Shown: positions 1 through 13,321, numbered from the stretch's first letter. The stretch: 64,000 bases of DNA from Balanoglossus misakiensis (GCA_040954595.2 CM082584.2:916281-980280); one strand, 5' to 3'. Made by a program: numbers and translations. The notes: generated by a model from the letters alone, not told the origin.

Positions 1-330
1 ATGTTGAGCTTATTAGATTGGGTGATTGTCTTATTGGGTGAGTGGTGTCACTGTCTGTCACTTTTCTTTACTGAAACCAAGGGGCCAATTACTTTGAAAT
101 TTAGTATGCAGGTTCCTAGGGTGAAGTTGGTAGAGTTTATGTAAATTGTGGTGAAATGTGTAATTTTTGATCAATTTTAATTGTGTTTAGTTAAATTCTT
201 TGTACAATTACTTTGAAATTTAGTATGTAGGTCCTTGGGGTTGATTTTACTGGAATTTGCTCAATTTGTGACAGAATGTGGAATATGTTATTTCGGAAGC
301 AATTGCTTGTTTGGTCTTTTTTATTTCATA
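1..330. repeat. Degenerate interspersed repeat, related to the Helentron/HINE-like internal repeats elsewhere in the window
   Basis: Two copies of AATTACTTTGAAATTTAGTATG..GGT.C.T.GG (~87, ~206); similar motifs at ~41010-41170 and, reverse-complemented, at ~24900-25100 and ~29640-29850. Confidence 0.4.
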
Positions 331-787
331 AACCAGATACTGTGATTGTTTTTTCTGTTCTTTTTTGTATGTGTGTCTATTTTCACAATTGAAATAAATT
401 AATATAAGGCTATATAAAATAAATTGGAGTTTTATGCTTTTTGTGTAAGTATGAATGTATGTATGTGTGTAAGAAGATTGATATTGTTTGTATGGTTGAT
501 ATCAGATATCATATGTCTTATAGTGAGAAAGAAACCACTACACAATTCCTAGTAGTATTTGTGGTAATATATCTGTTTTGAGAATATAGCCCATTAGTAT
601 ATTGTAGTCTTTGTACAACTTTTCTTCAAAATGTGTTATATGAACAAATAAAATATGGCAAGAAGATGAATTGTTTCGAAGAATGAATCATAATAAACAG
701 TAGAATTTGGTCAATTTTTGTTCAGGCATAAAGAAATAGCTTGTACATGAGCTTGCACGACGGTATTTGGTCAATACAGGGCGCATG

Positions 788-903
788 CATGTATGTATGT
801 ATGTATGTATGTATGTATGTATGTATGTATGTATGTATGTATCTATGTATCTATGTATGCATGCATGTATGTATGTATGTATGAATGTATGTATGTATGT
901 ATG

Positions 904-937
<34 letters not shown>

Positions 938-1049
938 TGTATGTATGTATGCATGCATGCATGCATGTATGTATGTATGTATGTATGTATGTATGTATGT
1001 ATGTATGTATGTATGTATGTATGTATATATGTATGTATGTATGTATGTA
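788..1049. repeat. (TATG)n microsatellite with variant units
   Basis: Directly visible; explains the spurious MYVC/HTYI ORFs. Confidence 0.98.
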
Positions 1050-3736
1050 CCTATCTAACACACAACACACACTGTGTATATTTGTTGGGCATTTTGGTTT
1101 TCTACCACATATCTCAGTAGTTTCCATGCCATAGTGACTCTTCAGTTTTACATAATGATATCCAATATAACCCAATCTACTATTAATGCGATTTTTTTTT
1201 TCATTTTGATTGTGGAAATGGTTAAAAATGAAAAACATCTGAATTTGTACTTTAATAAATATAAGCTATATAGTATTTTAAAATGGTCATAAATTTATGT
1301 TAACATGGCAAAACATGTTTTAGTGTTTATGTATACTTGTTTAATATAGAGAAATAATTGTACAAATAAAATGACAACTTACTTTTGCTTTTAAAAATAA
1401 TTAAAAATGGTAATGTTTCTTGAGATATACCAGGGTTTCTAGAATATAGAGGGCGCTGGCACGGGAACATTTGATGGTTGTCCCCAATACAACATTCTGG
1501 TATCATGTTTTATCATCTGTGGACATTTGGCAGCGATATCCAACAAGATGTGCATAAAATCCCGAGAAGGTCTTCTCGTTGTATTGCTTCTTGAGATATT
1601 GAAACTGTCTTGAATCCCAACGCGAATGTGATGGTGATGCGTATGTTGTTGCACGTAGTCACATCCGAAAACGAATCAAGTGCTCTTGTTGTTCAGCAGC
1701 TGAATATAGGTTAGTGGGATATGTGTATATTCTCGTGGTTATTTTTAATGAGTATAAATGACAGAATCGGTGGTTTGAACGTGTAAGAGTTGATGGTATT
1801 GGTTATGTAGTTGTGTTTTATCCAATGGTAGTGTGATTTTAATTGTGTATGAGGCGATGGCAGTTTTTATCAGGCTTTTTTTATTTTCGTGTCGAGCGAC
1901 ATCCAATATGGCGGTTGTCGTTATATACTGAAAGGGTTTCGTTTGTATGCATGTTTTGGCAAATTGTATATATGTTAAGATGGTGAAGTTTGCTTGAAGG
2001 AATAGAAACATCAGAGGCTGGGTACATCGGAGTTTCTATTTCATTCCATACAAGTTGAAATTAAGCTTATTTTTGGAGTGTATACAGGTACATATGATTA
2101 TTTAGAAACGGTTTTAGGCAAGTGAATCTGCTGAATTCGGGCGATCGGTCTTGTATCGTGTGTATGAAACGTACAAGCAGTGGTAGGATATTATTTTGGG
2201 ATGTGTACTTCAATAGTTTCCATGTCTCTTATATGTATTTGTCAAAAAATAAACAGTAGTAAAAATGGATTGTATTTTCCATTATTTTTTCTGTTAATAT
2301 TGTATGTTTACATGACCAAAAGCCTTAAGGTTTTCATTGGAATTTATATCAGGGTAATCAATTTGTTTCTGATAATTATTTGCTTCAAATATGGAACAAT
2401 CTGTGTGAGTACATAACAGAAACATTGCTAGATAATTTGACATTTGAATTGTTCGTAAGAATGTGAGGACAAGCATAGAATTGGCCAAATTATGCTGGTG
2501 ACCACTCTGTTTAGTGTGTATGCTTTCTAGTCGTGACAGGCATGTTAAAAACATAGACAATGAAATCTGGTTGGAGCATGAAAAGTAGAGTTGACTTGTT
2601 AACATATTTTGATGCCATGAAACCATTTTGTGGACAGGACAATTTATGTGACCAAGAATTGATTTTCTGAATATCACAAGGTTGATAGTGAATTCATTGT
2701 AATTTGTTGTCCTGTTTAAGTAGTGGGGTTATTGTAAAAAAATCATCATTCGCTATCTTGTACTTGGAGTGATGTCATCTCGACATTGATACATTATGGC
2801 TATTGAGAGGTGCGTGTTATGCAGGCAAGTGTATATCTTGATGTACTTCTTTAAATACACAATTATACTTAATGATTTAATTTAAAAGTTTTGTTTATTT
2901 TCTTGACAGTTTTGGCTACCAAAGAGTTCTCAAGGTGAGTGTTGGTGTACATCAGTGCAAAGTATCATGTACAAACTAAGAGATCAACACACTCAATTGT
3001 GTATTGTGTCGTGTACGAATTAGTTTCGTAAATCATTTGTAGATAACGTGTTTAGTTTTGTGGTAAGTGACACTGAGGTTTCAGATCGGATAGGATGATT
3101 GTCCAGTGCCATGCATTGTGTGTTAACATGTGAAAGCACTAGCCTAATTTGTTTGAAATTTGGTATTCAGGGATGATGTAAGAAAAAATAATTTTAACAG
3201 TTCATAGAATCAGTGTTTATTAATACTTCAAAAAGGTATGTGACTTGAATGTGTGCAGTACATCATTGTGCTATGTGGTGTTAACACCATTGAATAGTGC
3301 CATTACTTACAGCAATCTTACAGCAATGGCTTCAGTAAAAATTTGAGTATGATTTGTGTGATTCCTGATACCCCTGTCTTGTCATTTGTGATGTTTTACT
3401 GTGTACTTTTTGAAATAAAGAAACTGGTGTGTTAGTTGAATATGTCAGTGAGTGAATGTGCAATTGGACAGTGTGTTGGCAGTTAGTGGAGATAAAAAAT
3501 CCTCATGGTGTAATGGTTAACACACTTGTCACTTTGTGATAAGAGATCCAGGTTCGATAACTGGTGGGGATGATGAAAAAAAGAGTCCATTAGCTGTGTG
3601 TTTGAGTATGAGTGTAATATATGTATGTACGTATTTATGCATGTATGTAGCCAGCAAACACACAAAACATATTGTGTATATTCAATTCCATACAGTGTTT
3701 GATAATAAATATGTTGCTGTTTTACAATTTGGCATT

Positions 3737-6700
3737 CACTGCTGATAATTAGGTTTCCATAGATACAAGCGGAATGCAATAGAAGAGGGATAACCATATA
3801 CATGTATAGAAAAGGTAGGTTACCCCTTCCCCTATCATCCAAATACTACCACAGAGGGTGCTATACTATATGACCATCAACTGAGTATCATTCAAATACT
3901 CTGTGCACAGTGGGTAAATACACATTTGTTTTTTTTAGGAGACTTTCATCAGTTGCAGTAAAATACAACGTGACTACACTATATACACCAATGAGAATGG
4001 CCATGTAATTCAGAGAGTGCTTGATATTAAAACTGTATCATAGTTGTGGCCTTTACTGCTGATAATTAGTTTACCATAGATACAAGCCCAATGCAACAGG
4101 ACAGGGATAAACATATGCAAAGACAAGATTAAACCCCACCTCCATAATCAAAATACTACCGCAGAGGGCGCTATACTATATGACCATCAACTGAGTATCA
4201 TTCAAATACTCTGTGCACAGTGGGTAAAGACACATTTGTTTTTTTAGGAGACTTTCATCAGTTGCAGTAAAATACAACATGACTACACTATATACACCAA
4301 TGAGAATGGCCGTGTAATTCAGAGAGTGCTTGATATTAAAACTGTTTCATAGTTGTGGCCTTTACTGCTGATAATAGGTTACCATAGATACAAGCCCAAT
4401 GCAACAGGACAGGGATAAACATATGCAAAGGCAAGATTAAACCCCACCTCTGTAATCAAAATAATAATAATAATAATAATTTATTTGTATAGTGTCAGTA
4501 TCCACAAAAATGTGATCAATGACGCTTAAAGCAAAAGTACAATACAACAAATGGCTAAAAAACAGATTTAAAAAGTAAAGTTTTAACATTTGATTTAAAA
4601 ACAGATAAGTCTGGTGCCTGGCGAATGGTAAGTGGAAGATTATTCCAAAGAATTGGAGCAGCAACAGTAAAAGCACGATCACCATAACTCTTGGTGCGTG
4701 ATCGAACAAGGCAGAGTTTGAACTGATCAGCTGACCTTAAATTGCGACACGGAACATATAGATTAGTCATGCTAGAAAGATAGATTGGACCAAGTTTATG
4801 AATGGATTTAAAAATGAGAACTAACATCTTAAAAACAATACGCTGTGTAACAGGTAGCCAGTGCAACTGATACAAAATTGGAGTGATGTGACAGGTGATT
4901 TTTGAATGAGTAACAATTCTAGCAGCAATATTCTGAACGCGTTGGATACGGTTGATTGAATACTTCGGGAGCCCAAATAAAAGTGAATTACATGAATCAA
5001 TTCGAGAAGTAATGAATGCATGAACTAATTGCTCTGTAGCAGAATGAGATAAATATTTGCGGATAAGCGCAATGCGACGTAAATGAAAAGTGGCAGAGCG
5101 TCAGATCTGTCCAATATGTGGCTTCATTGTCAGACAAGAGTCAAGGATCACACCAAGGCTCTTAGCCTGACAATGGACAGGAATCAGAGAATCGCCAACA
5201 CGAATTTCTGAAATCCCTCTAGCAGACAGATCACCTGAAATACCAAAGAAAATAACAAATTCAGTCTTATCATCGTATAAGCACAAGAAGTTTTCAGACA
5301 TCCAAAACCTAACATCGGATATACAAAGTTCAAGATTTGAAACAGTTCTTGCTGCGTTGTCTTTACTAAAAGACATATAAAGTGAAGAGTCATCTGCATA
5401 AAAACTATAAAGACAACCATGACTTTGAACTAATTCACCAAATGGAGATGGGTACATATTGAAAAGTATATGACCAAGAACTGATCCCTGTGGTACCCCA
5501 GTGTCGAGCCGATAGAAAGGTGATTGGGTGGAATTTACAAGTACACACTGACTACGATTGGAAAGGTATGACTTAAACCACATGAGAACAGTATCTGAAA
5601 GACCAAAATACTACCACAGAGGGTGCTATACTATATGACCATCAACTGAGTATCATTCAAATACTCTGTGCACAGTGGGTAAACACACATTTCGTTTTTT
5701 AGGAGACTTTCATCAGTTGTAGTAAAATAGAACGTGACTACACTATATACACCAATGAGAATGGCCATGTAATTCAGAGAGTGCTTGATATTAAAACTGT
5801 ATCATAGTTGTGGCCTTTACTGCTGATAATTAGGTTACCATAGATACAAGCCCAATGCAACATGACAGGGATAAACATATGCAAAGACAAGATTAAACCC
5901 CACCTCCATAATCAAAATACTACCACAGAGGGCGCTATACTATATGACCATCAACTGAGTATCATTCAAATACTCTGTGCACAGTGGGTAAAGACTTATT
6001 TGTTTTTTTAGGAGACTTTCATCAGTTGCAGTAAAATACAACGTGACTACACTATATACACCAATGAGAATGGCCATGTAATTCAGAGAGTGCTTGATAT
6101 TAAAACTGTTTCATAGTTGTGGCCTTTACTGCTGATAATTAGGTTACCATAGATACAAGCCCAATGCAACATGACAGGGATAAACATATGCAAAGACAAG
6201 ATTAAACCCCACCTCCATAATCAAAATACTACCACAGAGGGCGCTATACTATATGACCATCAACTGAGTATCATTCAAATACTCTGTGCACAGTGGGTAA
6301 AGACACATTTGGTTTTTTAGGAGACTTTCATCAGTTGTAGTAAAATACAACGTGACTACACTATATACACCAATGAGAATGGCCATGTAATTCAGAGAGT
6401 GCTTGATATTAAAACTGTTTCATAGTTGTGGCCTTTACTGCTGATAATTAGGTTACCATAGATACAAGCCCAATGCAACATGACAGGGATAAACATATGC
6501 AAAGACAAGATTTAACCCCACCTCCATAATCAAAATACTACCACAGAGGGCGCTATACTATATGACCATCAACTGAGTATCATTCAAATACTCTGTGCAC
6601 AGTGGGTAAAGACACATTTGGTTTTTAGGAGACTTTCACCAGTTGCAGTAAAATACAACGTGACTACACTATATGCACCAATGAGAATGGCCGTGTAATT

Positions 6701-6860
6701 CAGAGTGCTTGTTATTAAAACTGTTTCAAAGCTGTGGCCTTTACTGCTGATAATTAGGTTACCATAGATACAAGTGGAATGGAACCGGACAGGGATAAAC
6801 ATACAAAGGCTAGGTTAACCCCCCCCCCCCAATACTACCACAGAGGGCGCTATACTGATT
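3737..6860. repeat. ~309-bp tandem repeat, 6 full units plus partial ends, split by a LINE
   Basis: AAATACTACC(A/G)CAGAGGG(C/T)GCTATAC recurs at 3841, 4151, 5606, 5915, 6224, 6533 and ~6831. Confidence 0.95.
4464..5603 (-). mobile_element. 5'-truncated non-LTR retrotransposon (CR1/L2 group), RT C-terminal part, 3' UTR and (TTA)n tail
   Basis: ORF 5101-5583 has WFKSYLSNRSQ, GVPQGSVLG and YADD; ORF 4555-4875 has LHWLPV and YGDRAF..AAP.LWNNLP; minus-strand AATAAA then (TTA)n at ~4464-4485; CAAAATA duplicated at 4457-4463 and 5604-5610. Confidence 0.93.
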
Positions 6861-7122
6861 ATCAAGTCTGTACCATTGAAATAAATCTGTGCAGATTGGG
6901 TAAATTAGGCATTTGGTTCTTCAGATTTTCATAAGTTGCACTAAAATGCTATTTGGCCCACTACAAGGACAAATAAGTCAAAAATGGCAAATTTGACGTT
7001 TACTTTGAGGTTGGCATGGGGCAAACGAGACAATACAAGAACACTGAAACTCAATTAGTGAAACACTAAAGTTGTACTTTATTTCTCTAACAAACTTAGA
7101 GAAAATTTACATGGCCATCTTT

Positions 7123-9153
7123 TTACTCAGAGACCTGATGTTGAATAGAAATGTGGTAGTGCAGGTCCACATGAGTGCCGTGTACTAGCCTCTCTCTCTG
7201 CAAATCCATCCACAACTTGCATGCAGATAGTGGGAGTCTGATGTAAGCAACTACTGCAGTTACAGTCAGGACGTAAGTGGGATAATTAAACAGCAGGGGA
7301 TCATGCAATGCAAACACTTGAACTGGCCAGTAACGTTTGAATTGCTCATTTGCATACAGTTTTTCAACTTTTTTCACAACGAAAGTTAAGCAACTAGCAA
7401 CCCATTTCTGACAATTATTTCACCCCAGGCACATTACTGGTACTATGAGTGTACTACATGTGATTTTTCATGAAGTTTTATCGAGAAGAATTTCTTTACT
7501 TCCACTGACAAAATTGTGATCACGAAATTCAAAGTGACCTTGAAGTTACAAAAAAAAATATCAGCCATACCCACACAAAAATTAACCCCCTCAGGTTTTA
7601 GAAACATTATTAAACTCCTCTATTCATAATTTTGACATGAATATATCCATGCCGAGAGTCAAGGACCACAATTTACTGTGCCATAGGTCAGTCCTGAGAA
7701 GTCAGTCAGCGTGAATAGTGTATAGACTCCGTATGTAATATGCTAATGAGAGATAACGACGCGTTGAAAAGGAAGCCATTACGTCATGGGTTAACATGCG
7801 TTGACCTACTTCAATGCATACACATATGGCAAACACGGCTGTACTCGTCGATGGCGAAGGCAATTTTTACACCGTCATTACCCCACAACGGAGCGGCTCA
7901 CACTATTATAATTTCACGGTAACTTAGTTCAATATCTTCCTAACCTACCCAATTTTTTTCAAGACAAGAAATCTTTGCCGAGAGTCAAGGACCACAATTT
8001 AAACCAACATACCGAAACTGTCTTTCTCGGGAAAGCGTCGTTAAAACTTCACGAAAAATCATCCTATCATTGACTATGGTGTTTCATACACGTCTTAGAA
8101 AAAACGGGTGCACTACGATCACTTGTAGTACCGAAAATCTCCGTTTGAACATTTTTCGAACTGGCCGTAACTGCCACTCAGCGACTTTCACATTCAAATA
8201 GATCTCTTTGATCTCACCGCCGTAATTACCCCACTTACGTCCTGACTGGTTAATACTTAGAAAGTGTATTACCTCCAACACCCCATGGACGGTATCATGT
8301 CATCACCAGTAGCTATAGGTTCTTTTAACACCTTGAGAGAAAAAATGGATTGTTACTGATAGATTACAAAGCACTGACAATACAAGAGGGGGAGGGGTAA
8401 GGTTTGTTGAGAGCAGTTGTTTTTTGCTAAACATTAGTGAAAATATGAAATTATTGACATGTAGGATTTCAATTTTATGATGTAAGAGTATTTTATAATA
8501 TCTCACCGGGACTTCAGTTGTCGCTGTAGTATTTAACCCAAGTTTAACTGTGCCACCCACGTCCATGCATGGCAAGGTTTTCTCTCCCAAAAGTTTCAGT
8601 TTGGTATCCCAGTTACCATCAGTTGCACTTACTCCACGCCTTCTAAGTTGAATGCAATTTACCATCACAGGATTCATACTGTGGTGCAAAGACAATTAAA
8701 AACATCGATTGTAAGTCATTTAGTAGTGATACCATTGTGACCAAACCTCGTTTTAAAATACATGTAATCTGTACTCGAAACTATCATTTTTTTCTTTCTA
8801 GAATATTAGAACGCGCTCAAAAATAAAAATGCGACCTGTAAGCGAGTGCCGCGTTTCAATTGGTACTGACGATAAACACCGCCACTCGGAGATAAAATCA
8901 ACGTTTTTTTTTTTTTTTTAATGCAAGTGAACGCATGGAGGCGGCCATATTGAATTTAGGTTACATCCCAAGACATTCCGACTGGTCTTCAGGTGGATTC
9001 GGGAAAGGTCTCTAAAACATAATCGGTCATCCAATTTTGTATACTAAATTTCTAAAAATGTAGGACATGGGAGGTTAACATACCCACAATGACTACACAC
9101 AAAAAAGGGCCCAGGCGTTTCGGGGTGCGATTGTTACGTACCTTAGCTCCATC
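7123..9153 (-). pseudogene. OB-fold gene copy C (decayed): end of exon 1 and intron 1 (9153-8805), exon 3 (8678-8507), probable exon 4 (from 8331, interrupted by a MITE)
   Basis: 8805-9153 is an inverted homolog of ~9393-9730; 8507-8678 translates to TDGNWDTKLKLLGEKTLPCMDVGGTVKLG..LNTTATTEV with the same splice sites as exon 13099-13305, but with a stop and frameshift. Confidence 0.75.
7263..8248. mobile_element. Non-autonomous DNA transposon, 26-bp TIRs, 4-bp TSD GTTA (possibly Sola-type)
   Basis: CAGTCAGGACGTAAGTGGG(A/G)TAATTA at 7263-7288 and inverted at 8223-8248 (25/26); GTTA at 7259-7262 and 8249-8252. Superfamily is tentative. Confidence 0.85.
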
Positions 9154-9974
9154 ATCTGCAACCATGCAGCCAAGGCGTGGCAGTGAAATTGTGCCTCATT
9201 GAGGATACAGTCTAGATCCGGAATTCAGCCAACGGCAAACTGTTTAGCGTGCCTTGTATGCAGCAGGATGGCAACGTTCTGGAACTTAAATTCTGGAAAG
9301 AAAATCCGAAATAGCTGAACAGATAACAGAAGAGAGAATACATACAGCTCCGCAACTTTTCCACTGGAAGATATAACACCATTTGCCTCTATGATAGAGC
9401 AAAGGTATGTTATAATCGCACCCCGAAACTTATGGGCCTTTTTTTTGACGTAGTCATTTCGGGTATCTTAACCTCCCATCTTCTACATTTTTAGAAATTT
9501 ACTCCACAAAATTGAATGACCCATTACATTTTAGAGACCTTTCCCGAATTCAACCGAAGCCTAATCGGAAGGTCTTCGGATGTAATCCAATATGGCAGCC
9601 TCCATGCGATCACGTACATTGAAAATCCATTGATTTCATCGCCGATTACCGATGTTTATCGTCAATACCGATTCAAACGCGGCACTCGTTTACAAGTCGC
9701 ATTTATTTTTGATCGCGTTCCAATATTTTAAACAAACTAGATTACTGATAAAAATGCTCAAAATTTTTCCTCCAAATGCCACCTTTACGGATTCAGTCAC
9801 ACAACTTACAGACTACGCCAAACTTTTTTCCAGATCATACCTTGCGGGCGTAAAGCGATGGATATACCTGAAAAATTGGTAACAGAATTGTATCATCCGC
9901 CACAAATAATGATATCAGAAGTCGAGATATCTCCACAGAAGAAGAGGGTGTGCGTTGTAGGAAAAGTCCATGAT
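9151..9974 (+). pseudogene. OB-fold gene copy A: exon 1 (5'-truncated, to 9404, in-frame TAG at 9312) and intact exon 2 (9834-9974)
   Basis: Near-identical to 12436-12912; AAG|GTATGT donor; TTTTTTCCAG acceptor; exon 2 reads IIPCGRKAMDIPEKLVTELYHPPQIMISEVEISPQKKRVCVVGKVHD then GTGAGT; all phase 0. Confidence 0.8.
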
Positions 9975-10002
9975 GTGAGTACTGTCAAATGTTGCACAAA
10001 TA

Positions 10003-12408
10003 GCCGTTAAACCTGAAATATAGATTGAAAGTGGATATTGTTTTACACAATTTTTGAACATTGAAGTAAAGTATTAGAATGATGGAATCCGATAAAAAAA
10101 GTGAGTTGGTAATTTCGGCATCCGACTTCGTTATTAAAAATGGAAAGGTTTGCGATTCGGTTCAAGTAGTATTTGCAAGTTTGAAAGGAAATATTTCATT
10201 GAAGTACAGTGGCAACTACTGCATTATTGAGAATCTTTGAAATGTTGATGAACGGAGACTTATAATAGAATAAATGAAAACCTACCTTTAACGGTGTTAG
10301 GGTTACTACACCTGACAGACCGCTGGTCTGCGTCCGACCGATTCTGAGCTCCTAGCTCTTGTGGAGACATGCGGAGGTACAGCGGGTTAACGGTTAGGAA
10401 GTGTTGATGAAAGGAATGATTAATTACATAGGCCAATCAGGATCCTGGAGTTAGATATTCGAGTGAAATGGTGGAAAAACGGGAATGCCGATTGGTTCAA
10501 TTTAACCGGAGGGAAATTGCTACATTATATGACGTCAGTTGCGAACGATAATGCATATATTAAGCTAAGGTTGAATCCGGTTTTTCCATCAAGCACAAGC
10601 ATATTTCAGTCATAAAAAAAACGAAGAGAATAACACTAAAAAAATATTTCCTTTTTAAAAACTTCACTATAGCATTATTATAATGATGTACGTCGTACAT
10701 AAAATGATACACGTGACATCGACTTGTTCAGAGTTTTAAAACAGGTAGAGAGTGCCCATGGGTAACCCGAAAACACACAAACCGGGTAAAAAATGAAAGT
10801 CCTGCGAAGGCCAGGAGTATACACTGAAAAATTACAATAAATCTAGTACAAAGGTTTGTATCCTCACGAATAATTAACTCTGATTGCAAAAGTTTATTTC
10901 CGTCTCATTACCTTCTGAAAGCAAATCACTCACTTGCCGGTAAAAGTTGAGTAAAATACTACATCTAAACTGCATAGCGATGGCGGCCCATAAAAATAAT
11001 TGCCCAGTGTCCCACTCGCAATGCACAACTTTTTAGGCCAAGTGCTAATGATATTCGAATTTTCGAAGGTTACGCAATATACACATACATGTATAAATAT
11101 TAATTTATGAACAATTTCCAGTGTTCACGCTGGGATTTCTTTCGTTCTAGTTTACTCGTTATATAATGTACCAATTCCCTCCGGTAAGTTGAGCCGATTC
11201 CCATCACTTTGAGCCAATCGATATTCATGGTTTTTCAGCATTTCAGTCGACTATATTTACACCTGTTGCATGTCTTTGCAGTTTTTGACTTGACGCTTAC
11301 AACCGAGTCGCACCGCACGCAGTACTATGTTGTTGTCTTCATGTTAGTTGTTGTTTTGCGCACACTATTTGCACAAAAATATCTGCTCGTTTTGTTATCA
11401 ACGATCGAGTATATGTTAGGAAGTCCGACATAGAGAACTTTGTTCTAAATATTCAATGCCCCACAAATGATATACTAGACTGCTCGACACAACACACCCC
11501 AGCCATACTCCATTAGTACACGCCACAAACACCGTATTTATACAGCCTGAGGGATTTCAGCTTCGAACTTATTGCCCAATCATATTCGACTATTTCCAAC
11601 CAATCCCCTTCTGACTAATTGACCAATCACACGCTTCGAGCATAATTTCCAAAAAAGGGAAAACTAACGAATTTGCTACATCTTTCCGGTTTCATCTTCA
11701 ACAGTTTCTAACATTTTTTTTGGACCCCCTCCCCCTCGATAAACACCCATACTCAAAGGGTAACTTCATTTAATTGTCAGTAAATAAAATCAATTCACAG
11801 TCTTATTACATGTACTATTTATAATATACTCAAATTTCCACTACAAAATATCTGTATATGTGCGTTAAATTCTGAAATCTTTCCACCCAAACCTCTAGTT
11901 ATGCAAATTTAAATTGCTGTCTGTTGCGTTCGCCTACGGTTTCTCGAGCTCATTTTCGGACATTCGAATCTAACTCCTGATTGGCCTATAAACTTATTTC
12001 TTTCATCAACACTTTCTAACCGTTAACCCGCTGTACCTCCGCATGTCTCCACAAGAGCTAGGAGCTCAGAATCGGATGAACGAGACAAGCGGTCTCTCAC
12101 GTTTAGTAACCGTAACACCGTTAAAGGTAGGTTTTCATTGATTCTAATAAGTCTCCGTTCATCAACATTTCAAAAATTCTCCATAACCCAGTAGTTGCCA
12201 CTGTGCTTCAATGAAATATTTCCTTTCAAACTTGCAAATGGTAACCGAATCTCAAATCGCAAATCTTTCCATTTTTAATAACGAAGTCGGATGCCGCAAT
12301 CACCAACTCACTTTTTTATCGGACTCCATCATTCTAATACTTTACTTCAATGTTCAAAAATTGTGTAAAACAATATCCACTCTCAATCTATTTTTCAGGT
12401 TTAACGGC
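10003..12408. repeat. Inverted repeat, arms ~10003-10460 and ~11960-12408, covering promoter, leader exon and leader intron of the OB-fold gene
   Basis: GCCGTTAAACCTGAAATATAGATTGAAAGTGGATATTG (10003) is the reverse complement of 12371-12408 and the match continues ~450 bp; a shorter inverted match links ~10455-10540 with ~11160-11255. Confidence 0.9.
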
Positions 12409-12411
12409 GTT

Positions 12412-13305
12412 ATGGCATCCCCGGCTCCCGGTCCCTCATCCCCAACCAGCCAAGGCGTGGCACTGAAATTGCGCCTCATGGAGGATGTCGAGATCCGGAA
12501 TTCCGCCAACGGGAAACTGTTTAGCGTGCCTTGTATGCAGCAGGATGGCAACGTTCTGGAACTTAAATTCTGGAAAGAAAATCCGAAGTGGCTGAACAGA
12601 TTACAGAAGGGAGAATACGTACAGCTCCGCAACTTTTCCACTGGAAGAGATAATACCATTTGCCTCTATGATAGAGCAAAGGTACGTTATAATCGCACCC
12701 CGTAACTTATGGGCCTGACTTTTTTTTTGCCGTAGTCATTTTGGGTATCTTAACCTCCCATCTTCTACATTTTTAGAAATTTACTCTACAAAATTGAATG
12801 ACCCATTACATTTTAGAGACCTTTCCCGAATTCAACCGAAGCCCAATGGGAAGGTCTTCGGATGTAATCCAATATGGCAGCCTCCATGCGATCACGTACA
12901 TTGAAAATCCATTTATATGATACAACCATGCCTTGTCAACTCACCTCGGGTCAAAATTACTGCCATCGATTCATCATTTTGCAGTTCAAATTTTAAAAAG
13001 CAACTGACAAAAAACAACCACTCTTGCACTATTTCTCCACAACATTTACTACTCGTAATTATTAACATTCAATGTTTTCCATTTTATTTCCACTACAGTA
13101 TGAATCAGTGACACATACATCGAATTCTACAAAGAGACGTAAACTGACCATAACTGATGGCACAAGAGATGCTGAAGTCAACCTTTGGGGTGAGAAAACA
13201 GCGCTGCCACTGGATGTAGGTGCCACAGTTAAACTAGGCCCATTGGTTATCAACAGATATAAAACATCGTCCACATTAAATACAACAGCGACAACTGAAG
13301 TGGAG
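12412..13305 (+). pseudogene. OB-fold gene copy B: open exon 1 (12412-12681, 90 aa) and exon 3 (13099-13305, 69 aa); exon 2 deleted, 3' end lost
   Basis: ATG follows a TTTTTCAG acceptor; exon 3 has KRRKLTITDGTRDAEVNLWGEK, resembling the RPA70 OB-fold signature; homology to copy A intron 1 stops at ~12912 and to copy C at ~13321. Confidence 0.8.
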
Positions 13306-13321
13306 GTGAGACATAAAATAC

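Noticed and set aside
688-1238. ORFs with MYVC/HTYI repeats
   Set aside because: Translations of the TATG microsatellite.
2910-2934. 25-nt microexon with good splice signals
   Set aside because: No partner exons identified, so it cannot be tied to a gene.
12043-12126. Upstream coding exon of the OB-fold gene
   Set aside because: Splicing to 12399 gives an immediate stop; treated as leader exon or uORF.
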